Of a DNA stretch of 64,000 nucleotides, positions 50,854 through 61,488 are shown piece after piece (position 1 is the stretch's first letter; every line of letters begins with the position of its first letter). The notes under the pieces were generated by a model. It was not told where the DNA came from and searched no databases. It saw only the letters and a program-made list of their open reading frames with translations. This DNA is from Candidatus Dojkabacteria bacterium (lineage in GTDB: Bacteria; Patescibacteriota; Dojkabacteria; SC72; JAHDCA01): the NCBI GenBank assembly GCA_030583845.1, contig CP129478.1, positions 907,686 through 971,685 on the forward strand. Reading direction: 5' to 3'. Made by a program: the position numbers and the translations under genes.

Positions 50854-52710
50854 TTGTCACCGATGGCAGACATTAAGAAACTCCCACAAGAATTAATAAA
50901 CCAGATTGCAGCAGGCGAAGTGATTGAACGACCAGCTTCGGTGGTCAAAGAGCTCATAGATAACAGCATTGACGCTGGTGCCGACATAATAAAGATACGC
51001 ATCAATAAAGGGGGGCTTGAATTAATCGAGGTTTCAGATAATGGGATAGGCATCTCTAGTGACATGCTAGGATTGGCGTTCGAGGCACATTCAACCAGCA
51101 AGATAGACTCCTTAGAGGATCTAAACAACCTTCTTACCATGGGTTTTAGAGGAGAGGCTCTCTCGACAATAGTGGCGATTGCAGATGTAACTGCAATATC
51201 AAAGCACTCAGAAGAGTTAGCATATAAGATCGCCTTTGAGGGCATTACTCCAACAGGTATTGAGCCAGCAGCTCGAGACGTCGGAACTACAGTAATGGTG
51301 AAGAATCTTTTCGGGAAAATCCCAGCGCGCAGAAAATACCTAAGAAGTGCAGAGACTGAGTATCGCAAAGTGATGCAGATAATTTTGCCATACCTGATCA
51401 TATATCCAAATGTTGCTTTCAATATCGAGAAAGATGGAAGAACTATCTATAACTTGCCGAAGATACAGGGTGTAACATCGAGGACTCTGCACCCAGGTCG
51501 TTTCAGGGAAGTTGTAAGGGCAGACTTTGCCGAGGAGATGGTGGATATATTTTATGAGGGAGAGGGGATGAAAATCGGTGGGTTAGTCGCTCACCCGAAA
51601 TTTCACCAGTCGAAGGTCAATCACATATATACATTTGTAAATGGGCGTCCAGTTAGTGAGAGAGGGCTTGTTAAGAGTGTTATTCAGGGGTTCGATCGAT
51701 TCATACCACACGGAGATAAAGTCCCACTGGTACTGATGGTGGAAATTAAGCCAGACCTTGTGGATGTAAACGTCCATCCACGCAAGGAGGAAGTTCGCTT
51801 CATCAACCCATACCGTGTTTACTCTGCCGTGGAGCAGGCCGTGGCCTCAGCCCTCAGTCAGCAGATCAAGAGCGAGTACTCTTCAAATATTTCATACGAC
51901 GGCGTCGCACATGAAGATAATGCTTACAGCAGGCTAAGATCGATAGTAAGCTCGTCGCAGGGTGACGGATATAGTAGCTCGGGCACAGCCGTCCTTGATT
52001 TTTCGAGGCAGAATCGATCTGTTGATGAGAGTATCCGATTCTCTGAGAATCTGTTGCGAGATCAGAGTGAGTCACTTCCTGTATTTGATAGCGAAAATGG
52101 CGAGGTTAAATTGGGCGAGATACTGAACGTCGCGCAATTTTTCAAGAAATATATTTTTGTGCAGTTTGAAAGCGAGCTATGGGTGGTAGACCAGCATGCC
52201 GCAGCAGAGCGAATCACTTTTGAGAAGCTTCTGAGTAACTATAATCAGAGTGGAAGTGGCGGAGCAACACTGGATGTTCAAAATCTGCTTGTGCCAGAGC
52301 ATATACAGCTTGAGGAGACAGAACTAATCTTTATGAAAGAAAATACTTACTTCCTTGAATCGCTTGGATTCTCTGTTGAGGTTGATAATACGGGGCTAAA
52401 AGTTACTGCAGTTCCTGTTGAATTTCATGAAGCAGATTTAACCAAGCTTATAAAAGAGGTTGTAGATCTTGGTGAGTATGAAGAAGGGGAGATGCTGTTT
52501 GACCTAAATAAGCAGCGGGAAAATGTGCTCGCGACAATTGCTTGTCACAATAGCATTCGGACCAATCAGAAGCTTCACTATTCTGAGGGTAGATCTTTAG
52601 TCGAGCAATTAATGAAATGTGACAACCCTTATAGCTGCCCGCACGGCCGCCCAATAGTGTGGCGAATATCTCTCACCGAGTTGGATAAGAACTTCGATAG
52701 AACCTATTAA
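50854..52710 (+). CDS. mutL: DNA mismatch repair protein MutL
   Basis: 618 aa; GHKL ATPase region '…AGEVIERPASVVKELIDNSIDAG…' and a C-terminal dimerisation domain. The antisense ORF 50718..51422 is rejected. Confidence 0.9.
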   Translation: MSPMADIKKLPQELINQIAAGEVIERPASVVKELIDNSIDAGADIIKIRINKGGLELIEVSDNGIGISSDMLGLAFEAHSTSKIDSLEDLNNLLTMGFRGEALSTIVAIADVTAISKHSEELAYKIAFEGITPTGIEPAARDVGTTVMVKNLFGKIPARRKYLRSAETEYRKVMQIILPYLIIYPNVAFNIEKDGRTIYNLPKIQGVTSRTLHPGRFREVVRADFAEEMVDIFYEGEGMKIGGLVAHPKFHQSKVNHIYTFVNGRPVSERGLVKSVIQGFDRFIPHGDKVPLVLMVEIKPDLVDVNVHPRKEEVRFINPYRVYSAVEQAVASALSQQIKSEYSSNISYDGVAHEDNAYSRLRSIVSSSQGDGYSSSGTAVLDFSRQNRSVDESIRFSENLLRDQSESLPVFDSENGEVKLGEILNVAQFFKKYIFVQFESELWVVDQHAAAERITFEKLLSNYNQSGSGGATLDVQNLLVPEHIQLEETELIFMKENTYFLESLGFSVEVDNTGLKVTAVPVEFHEADLTKLIKEVVDLGEYEEGEMLFDLNKQRENVLATIACHNSIRTNQKLHYSEGRSLVEQLMKCDNPYSCPHGRPIVWRISLTELDKNFDRTY

Positions 52711-52784
52711 GTACAGCCCGAAGACAAGCTGTACTGCTTTGTGATACGATATACACTGGTAAATTAAGTTCTCACTGAGGTTAT

Positions 52785-53561
52785 ATGTCAAAGAAAGAGA
52801 AGAAGAAAGAGGTAGTAATAAGCGTGAAGAATCTGGTAAAGAAGTATGGTGATTTCACAGCAGTAGACGGAATCAGCTTTGATGTATATGAGTCAGAGAT
52901 TTTCGGCCTTTTAGGTCCTAATGGAGCTGGCAAGACGACGACTTTGGAGATAATTGAGACTTTGAGGGATGAGACTGAGGGAACAGTTGAAGTACTGGGT
53001 CTTTCGATCAATAAAGATGCAAAGAAAATCAAGCAGCTTATTGGAGTGCAGCTTCAGCAAGCAGGGTTCTACCCAAACTTGAACCTTCTCGAGCTCATTA
53101 ACCTGTTTGCAGGGCTTTACGATGTTAAGGTAGATGCTATGAGTCTACTTGAGAAGGTAAACCTTACCGATAAGGCCAAGGTGCAGGTGAAAGCGCTATC
53201 TGGAGGTCAGAAGCAGAGGTTCTCAATCGCAACAACACTTGTAAATAGGCCGAAGGTCATATTCTTAGATGAACCAACAACCGGCTTGGACCCGCAGGCT
53301 CGTAGAAACCTTTGGGATCTGATTAGAGAGATTCGCGAGAATGGTACAACAGTAGTAATTACAACACACTACATGGATGAGGCCGAATTTCTGTGCGACA
53401 GGGTTGGAATTATAGATGATGGTCAGATTATTACAATTGCACCACCAGGCAAGTTGGTAGATGAGCTACTTGAGAGAGGATTTAAGAGGAAAGAGAAGGT
53501 AAAGGATGCCAACCTCGAAGATGTGTTCCTCGATCTAACCGGGCATGCCCTAAGAGAATAA
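52785..53561 (+). CDS. ABC transporter ATP-binding protein
   Basis: 258 aa; Walker A 'GPNGAGKTT', signature 'LSGGQKQR' and Walker B 'IFLDEPTTGLD'. Confidence 0.85.
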   Translation: MSKKEKKKEVVISVKNLVKKYGDFTAVDGISFDVYESEIFGLLGPNGAGKTTTLEIIETLRDETEGTVEVLGLSINKDAKKIKQLIGVQLQQAGFYPNLNLLELINLFAGLYDVKVDAMSLLEKVNLTDKAKVQVKALSGGQKQRFSIATTLVNRPKVIFLDEPTTGLDPQARRNLWDLIREIRENGTTVVITTHYMDEAEFLCDRVGIIDDGQIITIAPPGKLVDELLERGFKRKEKVKDANLEDVFLDLTGHALRE

Positions 53562-53582
53562 GCTAACCTATATAGAACCAAT

Positions 53583-54677
53583 ATGAAATTCATTAAATCT
53601 TTCCTAGCGATGCTAAAAGCGGATCTCATCTCTACAATGAGAAATCCGTCCAGCATTGTTTTCGGTCTCCTATTTCCTCTGATCTTCATTGTAGTATTTG
53701 GGTTTATCGGTCAAGGCGGGCAAACCTATACAATAGCTGTCAAAGAGGGCTCGGATACAGATAACCCGATCTATGAGGCGCTTGAGGAGATCGACTATAT
53801 TAAGCTAGATACAGAGATGAGTAATGAAGAGGTAGAGGAGAAGCTAAAAGCAGGTAGAATCAGCGCGCAGATGAATATCGTTGAGAGAGCGAATGAGAAT
53901 CAGATGCCAAGCTACCTAGTAGACCTGAGGCTTAGCGGTGCAGAACCAGAGGGATCGCAGGTTGTGCTTTCAACAATTCAGGGTATCGTCTCACCGATGA
54001 ATCTGCAGATTGCAGGAGTTACCGAGCCTCCAATAACTGTTGAAACAGAAAACGTTGAAGGTCGGCAGTATAAGCAGATCGACTTTATCTTGCCTGGCCA
54101 GCTCGGCTTCGCCTTGATGAGTACAGGTATTTTTGGAACAGCTTTTCTATTTGTGAGCCTGAGGGCAACTTTGGTACTTAAGAGATTTGCCGCAACACCT
54201 GTAAAGAAGAGCTCAATCCTCACCGGCCTAGCAGGCAGCAAGCTAATGTTTGCTATCATGCAAGCGGTGGTAATCATTGGCGTTGGCTACTTCTTCTTAG
54301 AATTTACTCTGGTAAATGGATGGGTGACTTTCGTAGAAATGCTGCTTCTCTCAATGCTTGGCTTGATCATATTCTTAGGGATGGGTCTGATCGTCAGCAG
54401 CATTGCGAAAGATGAAAATTCAGTACCACCATTGGCGAACATTATCACATTGCCGCAGTTCCTATTGGCAGGCACTTTCTTCCCAATCGAGGTTTTCCCG
54501 GAGTGGCTGCAGCCAGTAAGCAAGATCTTGCCTCTGACCTACCTTAACAACGCCCTTCGTGCTGTATCTTTTGAGGGCGCAGGCTTTTCAGAGATTGCCT
54601 CAGATGTAGGAATACTTTTGCTTATGACTGTTGTTGTATACGCAGCGGCAATCAAGCTGTTCAAGTGGAAAGAGTAA
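53583..54677 (+). CDS. ABC-2 type transporter permease
   Basis: 364 aa; N-terminal TM, a periplasmic loop and 5 C-terminal TM helices, immediately downstream of the ABC ATPase. Confidence 0.7.
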   Translation: MKFIKSFLAMLKADLISTMRNPSSIVFGLLFPLIFIVVFGFIGQGGQTYTIAVKEGSDTDNPIYEALEEIDYIKLDTEMSNEEVEEKLKAGRISAQMNIVERANENQMPSYLVDLRLSGAEPEGSQVVLSTIQGIVSPMNLQIAGVTEPPITVETENVEGRQYKQIDFILPGQLGFALMSTGIFGTAFLFVSLRATLVLKRFAATPVKKSSILTGLAGSKLMFAIMQAVVIIGVGYFFLEFTLVNGWVTFVEMLLLSMLGLIIFLGMGLIVSSIAKDENSVPPLANIITLPQFLLAGTFFPIEVFPEWLQPVSKILPLTYLNNALRAVSFEGAGFSEIASDVGILLLMTVVVYAAAIKLFKWKE

Positions 54678-54685
54678 TCGATAAT

Positions 54686-54747
54686 CCGACCACCCCGACT
54701 CACTTGCGAAGACTAAGTGGGTCGGGCAAGTGAGTCGGGGTGGTCGG
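54686..54747. terminator. 22-bp perfect inverted repeat between convergent genes (bidirectional terminator or protein-binding palindrome)
   Basis: ccgaccaccccgactcacttgc (54686-54707) is the exact reverse complement of gcaagtgagtcggggtggtcgg (54726-54747). Nested sub-palindromes lie in the 18-nt loop. There are no flanking T-tracts. Confidence 0.45.
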
Positions 54748-54755
54748 GTAGACAG

Positions 54756-55376
54756 TTAGTCGCCGATTACGCGCATCTCTACATCTTCCCAGTTCACGAT
54801 CTTCCAGAATGCATCAACATATGCGCCTCGATCATTCTTATAGTCGAGGTAGTAGGCATGCTCCCATACATCGAGTACCAGTACTGGGTCAAATGTTACC
54901 AAAGACAGCAGATTGTGCTTCTCGAATGTCATTACAACTAGGTCGTTGGTGGCGTTTGCGCAAAGTGCTACCCATCCTGAGCCTTCCACAGCTTTCCCTG
55001 CTGCTGCAAACTCTGCCTTAAATGCTTCGTATGACCCAAACTGCTCTGCTAGCAAGCTTTGCAATCTATCAGAAGCCTCATTTTCCTCTTCTGCTGCCCG
55101 CATATTTGCCCAGAAGATCGAGTGCATCAGGTGGCCATTGAGGTTAAAGCTAAGGTCGCGCATAACAGCCTTCACATTGATCTCCTTGCCCTGTCGGCCT
55201 TCTTCAAGCGTCTTCAGCGCAGCATTTGCTCCGTTTACATATGCAGCATGGTGCTTATCATGGTGAAGCTGCATAATCTCTCGGGAAATTACAGGCTCTA
55301 ATGCTTCATATGCATAAGGTAGATCTGGCAAAGTGTACTGTTTGACCATCAAATTCATCTCTAAAAGTTTATCCAA
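54756..55376 (-). CDS. Fe/Mn-family superoxide dismutase
   Basis: 206 aa; 'YTLPDLPYAYEALEP…HHDKHH' and C-terminal 'DVWEHAYYLDY'. Confidence 0.9.
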   Translation of the reverse strand: MDKLLEMNLMVKQYTLPDLPYAYEALEPVISREIMQLHHDKHHAAYVNGANAALKTLEEGRQGKEINVKAVMRDLSFNLNGHLMHSIFWANMRAAEEENEASDRLQSLLAEQFGSYEAFKAEFAAAGKAVEGSGWVALCANATNDLVVMTFEKHNLLSLVTFDPVLVLDVWEHAYYLDYKNDRGAYVDAFWKIVNWEDVEMRVIGD

Positions 55377-55477
55377 TTAATTTTACCCCGAATGTTGGCG
55401 TGAGTCTAATTGATAGCACAATATGTAGACAGCAATCGGGTCATTAGTTACTATTAGAGAGTTAACAAATAGCTGCC

Positions 55478-56032
55478 ATGACACCTCAAGAATCAAAAAA
55501 CATTCAAATAATTTTCGCTTCCGCCTCTGGCAATGTTGCAGCAGTGTGTGAAAAGGTAGCCGAAATTCTCAATGCAAACGGCTTTGTCGCTCAACTTCAT
55601 CGGGCAGAATCAACAAAGTTTGAACTAATTGCAGCAAACCAGCTTTTTATCTTTGCCACTTCTACATGGGAGCATGGTGTAATTAGCCCATATTTCGAGC
55701 CACTTCTAAAAGAGATATCGAAAAATAGTGTGGAAGGTAAGTATGCTGGGTTTATTGGATTAGGTGATACAAGGTATGAGCCTGTTCTTTTCTGTGGTGG
55801 AATGATTACGCTGCAAGAGACATTTGAAAAACAGGGTGGAACTTCGATCTCAGTACCGCTGAAGATCAACGGGGACCCATACTCACTGCTTGATAATATG
55901 GTGACTGATTGGACCAAGAAATTTATTAGTGACCTAAGCAATTTTAATTACCGCAAGGCCGAAAATGATGCCAAAAGTGTTGTAAATAATATCGAAGAGA
56001 AGGAAGAGGCGCCGAAAGACATTTCAATATGA
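55478..56032 (+). CDS. Flavodoxin-like protein
   Basis: 184 aa; 'IQIIFASASGNVAAVCEKVAE' FMN-binding N-terminus and a flavodoxin fold length. Its stop overlaps the start of the OFOR gene. Confidence 0.6.
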   Translation: MTPQESKNIQIIFASASGNVAAVCEKVAEILNANGFVAQLHRAESTKFELIAANQLFIFATSTWEHGVISPYFEPLLKEISKNSVEGKYAGFIGLGDTRYEPVLFCGGMITLQETFEKQGGTSISVPLKINGDPYSLLDNMVTDWTKKFISDLSNFNYRKAENDAKSVVNNIEEKEEAPKDISI

Positions 56033-57803
56033 GCAAGTATCGACGTACAGTTGTAAAAGTAGGAGGTGAGTCAGGCCAAGGGATCAACTCGGTTGGTGAG
56101 ATTTTGAGTGATGCTTTAAAGGGAGTCGGGTATAAAGTCTTTGCATATCGCGAGTATCCCTCACTTATTAAAGGTGGCGTCGCAGCATTTCAGATTGAAT
56201 GGTCAGATTTGCCGATAAGTAGCCCAAGCGCGAAGTGTGACCTACTTGTATGTATAAGCCGAGCTACGATATATGAGTATCTTCAAACCCTTAACAGTGA
56301 CGGCCTCTTGATTCACTCACTCCCCAAAGTTCACTTCAATAAGGAGGAGGAGAAATTCATCCAGGAAAACAGTATCAAAGTACACTACGTCAAAGCCGAT
56401 GAATTAGCGCTTCTTGAGGGCGGCAATAAGATAATGGCTAATGTTGTACTGATCGGACTTATATGGAAGCTAATTGGTGAGAGCTATGAGAGCATCGAAG
56501 GCTCAGTACTAGAGGTATTTGGTAAGAAAGAGCAGTTTATTGAAGGAAACAAAAAATCGCTAGCTGCAGGGTACAATTATGAAGACGCGGAGATGAAGAT
56601 GTCGGTAGATGGCTATGCTAAGGATGCAGCTTGGGCAGAGAGCTATGTGCTAACAGGAAGTCATGCATTCTCTTTGGGGACGCTCTCCGCAGGCATGAAA
56701 GCATACTATTCCTATCCGATGACCCCATCATCACCAGTTCTGAGCTATCTTGCTGAGGTTGCTAATAAGAAAGATCTGATAGTGAAGCAGGTAGAGGATG
56801 AGATATCGGCTGTGCAGATGGCTATAGGCAGTATGTTTATGGGTGCGCGAGCGATGACTGGCACCTCTGGTGGGGGTTTTGACCTGATGACGGAGACAAT
56901 CTCAAATGCAGGCATAGCAGAGATCCCACTGGTAATCTTGCTGGCTCAGAGGCATGGTGCCGCAACCGGATTGCCAACATGGACCGGCTCATCTGACTCT
57001 GAACCTGGCTCTGTATGCTGGCCACGGCGAATTTCCCCGCTGTGTTGTGGCCGTTAGTGATCCAATCTCTGCCTATACCAGAATCCAGGAGGCATTCAAC
57101 ATAGCTGAAAAGTATCAGCTTCCAGTGATAATTATGACCGATAAGAGCATCGCCGAATCGCTCTATAATATTGATAAACTGCCACCAGCCGATTGAGATT
57201 GAACGAGGATTAGTCGGAAAAGATGAGCTGTCGCAGCTTGATTCTGGGAGCAGGTATAAGATTACTGATAGCGGCATATCACCAAGATGGCTGCCTGGAC
57301 AATCAGGGCCGACCTATAACGCAAACAGCGATGAGCACGATGTAGATGGCGATAGCACAGAGGCGGCTGATGTCACAAAGTCTATGGTAGATAAGCGACT
57401 TCGCAAGCTAGATCAACTAGCACAAGAGATACCAGATCCGGAGCTGTATGGCACAGCGGAAGCTGACATCTCGTTTATCGGATGGGGGAGTGTGAAAACA
57501 AATATTGTTGACCTGATGCAGCTAATAAACAATGGCCAGAACAGCTTCACAGCAAATTATCTGCACTACGAGTATCTATGGCCATTTAAAACCGAAACGT
57601 TAATGCAATTTATAGATAAGGCAAAGAAGGTGGTAATTGTCGAAAATAACGCAACTGCCCAGCTTGCCGGCCTGATAGCCAAAGAGGCTCATGTGAGCAT
57701 CTCCAATAAGCTGCTTAAGTATGATGGTAGACCATTCTTCTTGGAAGAGCTGGTACAATTTGTAGAAAAAGAGCTAGGTAAAAAAGTAATTATTAATAAA
57801 TAA
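56029..57803 (+). pseudogene. 2-oxoacid (pyruvate):ferredoxin oxidoreductase fused gamma-alpha subunit, interrupted by two +1 frameshifts (near 56995-57005 and 57185-57195)
   Basis: Frame A (56029..57057) has the gamma domain '…VKVGGESGQGINSVG…' and the start of alpha '…GSHAFSLGTLSAGMKAYYSYPMTPSS…AQRHGAATGLPTWTGSSD'. Frame B (56954..57196) continues 'LNLALYAGHGEFPRCVVAVSDP…QLPVIIMTDKSIAE'. Frame C (57171..57803) continues '…IEIERGLVGKD…'. Each junction needs one base skipped. Confidence 0.75.
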
Positions 57804-57805
57804 GT

Positions 57806-58660
57806 ATGGGACACGTCTGCTCAGTCACACATAAAGACTACAACTCGGACAACATTTACACCTGGTGCACCAATTGTGGTAATTACGGCATCCATGGTGC
57901 ATTGAAAAATGCCCTGGTCGAAGAGTGTATAAAGCCTACCGACATAGTGCTTTGCTTCGATATCGGCTGTAATGGCAATGGGTCAGATAAGATTGGGGGA
58001 TACCGTGCGCACACATTGCACGGTCGTGTTATTCCCTTTGCGATGGGTGCGGCAATTGCAAATCCAAATGTGCATGTTGTTGCCTCTGCCGGGGATGGCG
58101 CTACGCTTGGTGAGGGAATTAATCATTTGATCCATGCTATCCGCTCCGATGTAAATATCACATTTATCCTGCATAACAACTGTAACTACGGACTGACGAC
58201 TGGCCAAGCCTCCCCCACAACTCCGATGGGAGTCGAGATGAATAGCACACCAGGAGTTGTTGAGATCCCTCCGATTAATGTAGCCCAGCTGGCTCTCTCT
58301 TTGAACCCATCTTTCTACGCGAGGAGCTTCTCAGGAAATGTGAAGCAGCTTACACAGCTAATACGGCTTGGGATTCATCACAACGGGTTCAGCCTGGTCG
58401 AGGTGCTTCAAGATTGCCCAACTTATAATGAGGCAACGCCACACAACTGGTATCTCGAGAGAATCTATGATATTACCTCAGTTAACGATTACAGTATAAA
58501 TAACCTCGAGATGGCGCGTGAAGCTACGGCTGACCTTTCTGGGCATATTGCTACCGGATTGCTCTATAAGAACGGACTAGACCAAGGATTTAGAAAGAGT
58601 GTTGCCACATTGGATCATGCGCCGATAGAGATCAAAGATCTACTTGATGAGTTTAAATAG
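57806..58660 (+). CDS. 2-oxoacid:ferredoxin oxidoreductase beta (TPP-binding) subunit
   Basis: 284 aa; 'CTNCGNYGIHGAL', 'GCNGNG' and the TPP motif 'ASAGDGATLGEGINHLIHAIR…NNCNYGLTTGQ'. Confidence 0.85.
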   Translation: MGHVCSVTHKDYNSDNIYTWCTNCGNYGIHGALKNALVEECIKPTDIVLCFDIGCNGNGSDKIGGYRAHTLHGRVIPFAMGAAIANPNVHVVASAGDGATLGEGINHLIHAIRSDVNITFILHNNCNYGLTTGQASPTTPMGVEMNSTPGVVEIPPINVAQLALSLNPSFYARSFSGNVKQLTQLIRLGIHHNGFSLVEVLQDCPTYNEATPHNWYLERIYDITSVNDYSINNLEMAREATADLSGHIATGLLYKNGLDQGFRKSVATLDHAPIEIKDLLDEFK

Positions 58661-58662
58661 CC

Positions 58663-59256
58663 ATGAAGCGTACAGCAGCAATTTTCACACTTTTTGTTCT
58701 TGCCTCAATATTTGTAGTGATAGCCAATACCTACATTATCTATAGCTATGGTGATGAGAAGATATATGAGAAAGTTGAGCATGTAGAACAATACGAGTAT
58801 GGAATCTTATTCGGCGCAGGGGTAAATAGTGATGGTACAGCTGAAGATCCATTGGCAGACAGATTGAAATTAACTGCTGAGCTGTATAACGAAGGTAAAA
58901 TTGAAAAGATATTAGTCTCTGGCGACAATAGTGACAGCCATAATAATGAAACTGATGCAATGATTGAGATATTAACTGAAAAGTTTGGTGTGTCCGAAGA
59001 GGATATAATTGAAGATGAGAAGGGTGTAAGAACCTTTGAGACATGCAAAAGAGCAGGTGAGCAATATGACATCGAAGAAGCTCTCTTAATTACCCAAGGC
59101 TTCCACCTACGACGAGCAATCTACACATGCGACAAGCTAGGGGTTGAAAGCGCAGGAATATCGGCTACAAGCAGGACATATGAAGGGCATTGGTATTACG
59201 AGATGAGAGAATTTTTCGCAATAAACCGAGCCTGGATTGATCTACAGCTGGACTAG
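58663..59256 (+). CDS. DUF218 (SanA/YdcF/ElyC-like) domain protein
   Basis: 197 aa; N-terminal TM and 'ILVSGDNSDSHNNETDAM' / 'LLITQGFHLRRAIYTC' DUF218 motifs. Confidence 0.65.
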   Translation: MKRTAAIFTLFVLASIFVVIANTYIIYSYGDEKIYEKVEHVEQYEYGILFGAGVNSDGTAEDPLADRLKLTAELYNEGKIEKILVSGDNSDSHNNETDAMIEILTEKFGVSEEDIIEDEKGVRTFETCKRAGEQYDIEEALLITQGFHLRRAIYTCDKLGVESAGISATSRTYEGHWYYEMREFFAINRAWIDLQLD

Positions 59257-59266
59257 CTAAAGAGAA

Positions 59267-61372
59267 TTAGCGCTTCTTTACAAAAAGCTTCACATCGACT
59301 GCGACTGCGCGATCCTCAGTTACGATCAATGGGTTAATGTCTAGCGATGATATGTCAGGGTAAAAATTCACCATCCGCTGTACCTTCATTATCAACTCCT
59401 CAACCTTATCGACAGCCAATTTCTTCTGACCGCGGTAGCCTGTGAGGATTTTGTGAACCTTTGTTTCGGCTAGCATCTCACTCGCATCATCCTTGGTGAT
59501 ATTCAATACACGGAGGGCAGTGTCTTTGTACAGCTCGGTGTATATACCACCAGTACCGATTAGCAAGGTATGACCAAAGCCAGATGTAGTAGTGCTTCCT
59601 TCCCGGTCAACCCCAACAATCAACTCTACACCGCCCATAATCATCTCCTGGGCAAGCAGTCGGGGCTTGGCAGGGGATACGAGCGAAGATACCTTTTTGT
59701 ACAGTGTCTTAAAGGCCTTCTCGACATCTTTCTCGCTGTCCAGATTGAGGTAGATATATTTCTCGTCGATCTTGTGGACGACATCCTCACTGACAGCCTT
59801 AAGGACTATTGGAGTTCCCGCTTTCTTACGAAAATCTAGTGCCTGTTCAAGTGTACTTACGAGTGCCTCACGAGGAAGATCCATCCTAACCTCTTTGCAG
59901 ATATCTTTGGTTATCTCTTCCTTAAGCACCTCCTCATTTTCGCTTGCAAACGATCTGACCTGTCGGCTGGATCTTCCAGGGGTAGTAGAGATTGTGCTTC
60001 GTCGCCCCTGTTTCTCAGTAAATTCTTTATAGGCAACCATCTGCTTTAAGGAAAATACGGCCTCCTCAATATATTGGTATGCGGCTATCTGATTGCTCCA
60101 CAATCTGTCTAAGCCCTGCATTACATATTTTTCACCGATGAATACGGGAATGATTGGAGTCTCTGTCCTCCGATCGTAGTTAATAATAAGCTTGGCGGTA
60201 TCTTCAATCTGCGTGGTCAGCTGTGGAGTGAGTAGGATAATGATCGCATCGACATTTTTATCTTTGTCCAATGTATCCAACACAGCTTTATAACGGTCAG
60301 ACATCGCATCTCCCAGTACGTCAATCGGGTTATGAATGCTAGCTGCTGGCGGGAGAGATTTTTTGATTATTGATGAAGTCTCGGCGGTAAGCTTTGCAAG
60401 CTCCAATCCATTCTTCTCTAGGTGGTCGGTAAGTATAATTCCTGGTCCGCCTGCATTGGTTATAACTGCAACTTTGTTTGAATCAGGTATCTCAGATCTG
60501 GAGAACATCATTAAAGCACTTAGCATCTTCTCCTCGCTATCAACCTGGATTACCCCATACTGCCTCAGAGCAGCCCTGATCACGTTCGCACTACCAGCTA
60601 GCGACCCTGTATGAGAGGCTACAGCCCTCTTTCCTGCCTCGCTTTCGCCTGAGTGGAGCAATACGATCGGCTTCTTCTTATTGTTTGCTATTATGTCCAA
60701 GAAACGACGTCCGTCGCTAAACTGCTCGATGTATGCACCGATAACTTTTATAGAATCGTCTTGAAGCCACTCAGTTAGAAGGTCGAGCTCGTTAATATCA
60801 ACCTTGTTGCCCAGAGATACGAAATATTTAAAGCCAAGCTTTCTGTTGTCAGCCAGATCAAGCAGTGCGGTATTAAATGCGCCGGACTGCGACATAAATG
60901 CTACATTCCCAGGCATTGGAGCCTGTACAGCAAACGATGCGTTAAGCTTGCTATCTGTGAATGTCACTCCAAGGCAGTTCGGACCAATAATTCTAACGCC
61001 GTGCTCTCTTGCAAAAGCGGCAATCTGCTCCTCAAGCTTTCGTCCTTCGAAGCCGGTTTCGCTGAATCCTGCGCTGATAATGACAGCATATGGCACTTTC
61101 TTGCGAGCGCAATCTTTTATTACATCAAAAACAAATATTGAGGGTACAACTATGATAACGAGATCTACTTTGCCCGGAATTTTGGAGACTTTAGAGAAGC
61201 ACTTCTTGCCATATATTTCACGGTACTTTGGGTTTACTGGGTAAAGGTCACCGTCGAAGCCACTTTTCTCTATGTTGTCGTAGACAACCGTGCCTAGCTT
61301 GGTTGGGTCGGCGGAAACACCAACAACTGCCACCTTGCTTGGGTTGAAAAGTCTTTCTAATGATGTGGTCAT
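59267..61372 (-). CDS. Acetate--CoA ligase (ADP-forming), fused alpha/beta
   Basis: 701 aa; N-terminal CoA-binding 'KVAVVGVSADPTKLG', a succinyl-CoA-synthetase-like flavodoxin domain and a C-terminal ATP-grasp domain. Confidence 0.85.
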   Translation of the reverse strand: MTTSLERLFNPSKVAVVGVSADPTKLGTVVYDNIEKSGFDGDLYPVNPKYREIYGKKCFSKVSKIPGKVDLVIIVVPSIFVFDVIKDCARKKVPYAVIISAGFSETGFEGRKLEEQIAAFAREHGVRIIGPNCLGVTFTDSKLNASFAVQAPMPGNVAFMSQSGAFNTALLDLADNRKLGFKYFVSLGNKVDINELDLLTEWLQDDSIKVIGAYIEQFSDGRRFLDIIANNKKKPIVLLHSGESEAGKRAVASHTGSLAGSANVIRAALRQYGVIQVDSEEKMLSALMMFSRSEIPDSNKVAVITNAGGPGIILTDHLEKNGLELAKLTAETSSIIKKSLPPAASIHNPIDVLGDAMSDRYKAVLDTLDKDKNVDAIIILLTPQLTTQIEDTAKLIINYDRRTETPIIPVFIGEKYVMQGLDRLWSNQIAAYQYIEEAVFSLKQMVAYKEFTEKQGRRSTISTTPGRSSRQVRSFASENEEVLKEEITKDICKEVRMDLPREALVSTLEQALDFRKKAGTPIVLKAVSEDVVHKIDEKYIYLNLDSEKDVEKAFKTLYKKVSSLVSPAKPRLLAQEMIMGGVELIVGVDREGSTTTSGFGHTLLIGTGGIYTELYKDTALRVLNITKDDASEMLAETKVHKILTGYRGQKKLAVDKVEELIMKVQRMVNFYPDISSLDINPLIVTEDRAVAVDVKLFVKKR

Positions 61373-61488
61373 TAAGTGGGCAGCGTAATTTAATCTTTCT
61401 AATCAGCTATGGTAATTGTCGACGTTGACGCTGATGATATAATCCTTTTACAACATAGCATATAAATAGTGGTAAGTTAATTTTCGGC

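Noticed and set aside
50718-51422. 234-aa ORF on the minus strand
   Set aside because: It is entirely antisense to mutL, whose product has clear GHKL motifs, and its translation is low-complexity with no recognisable domain.
56990-57200. Programmed ribosomal frameshifting in the OFOR alpha gene and gpmI
   Set aside because: No slippery heptamers or downstream stimulatory structures at the shift sites. Three independent +1 events in unrelated genes fit insertion errors or decay better.
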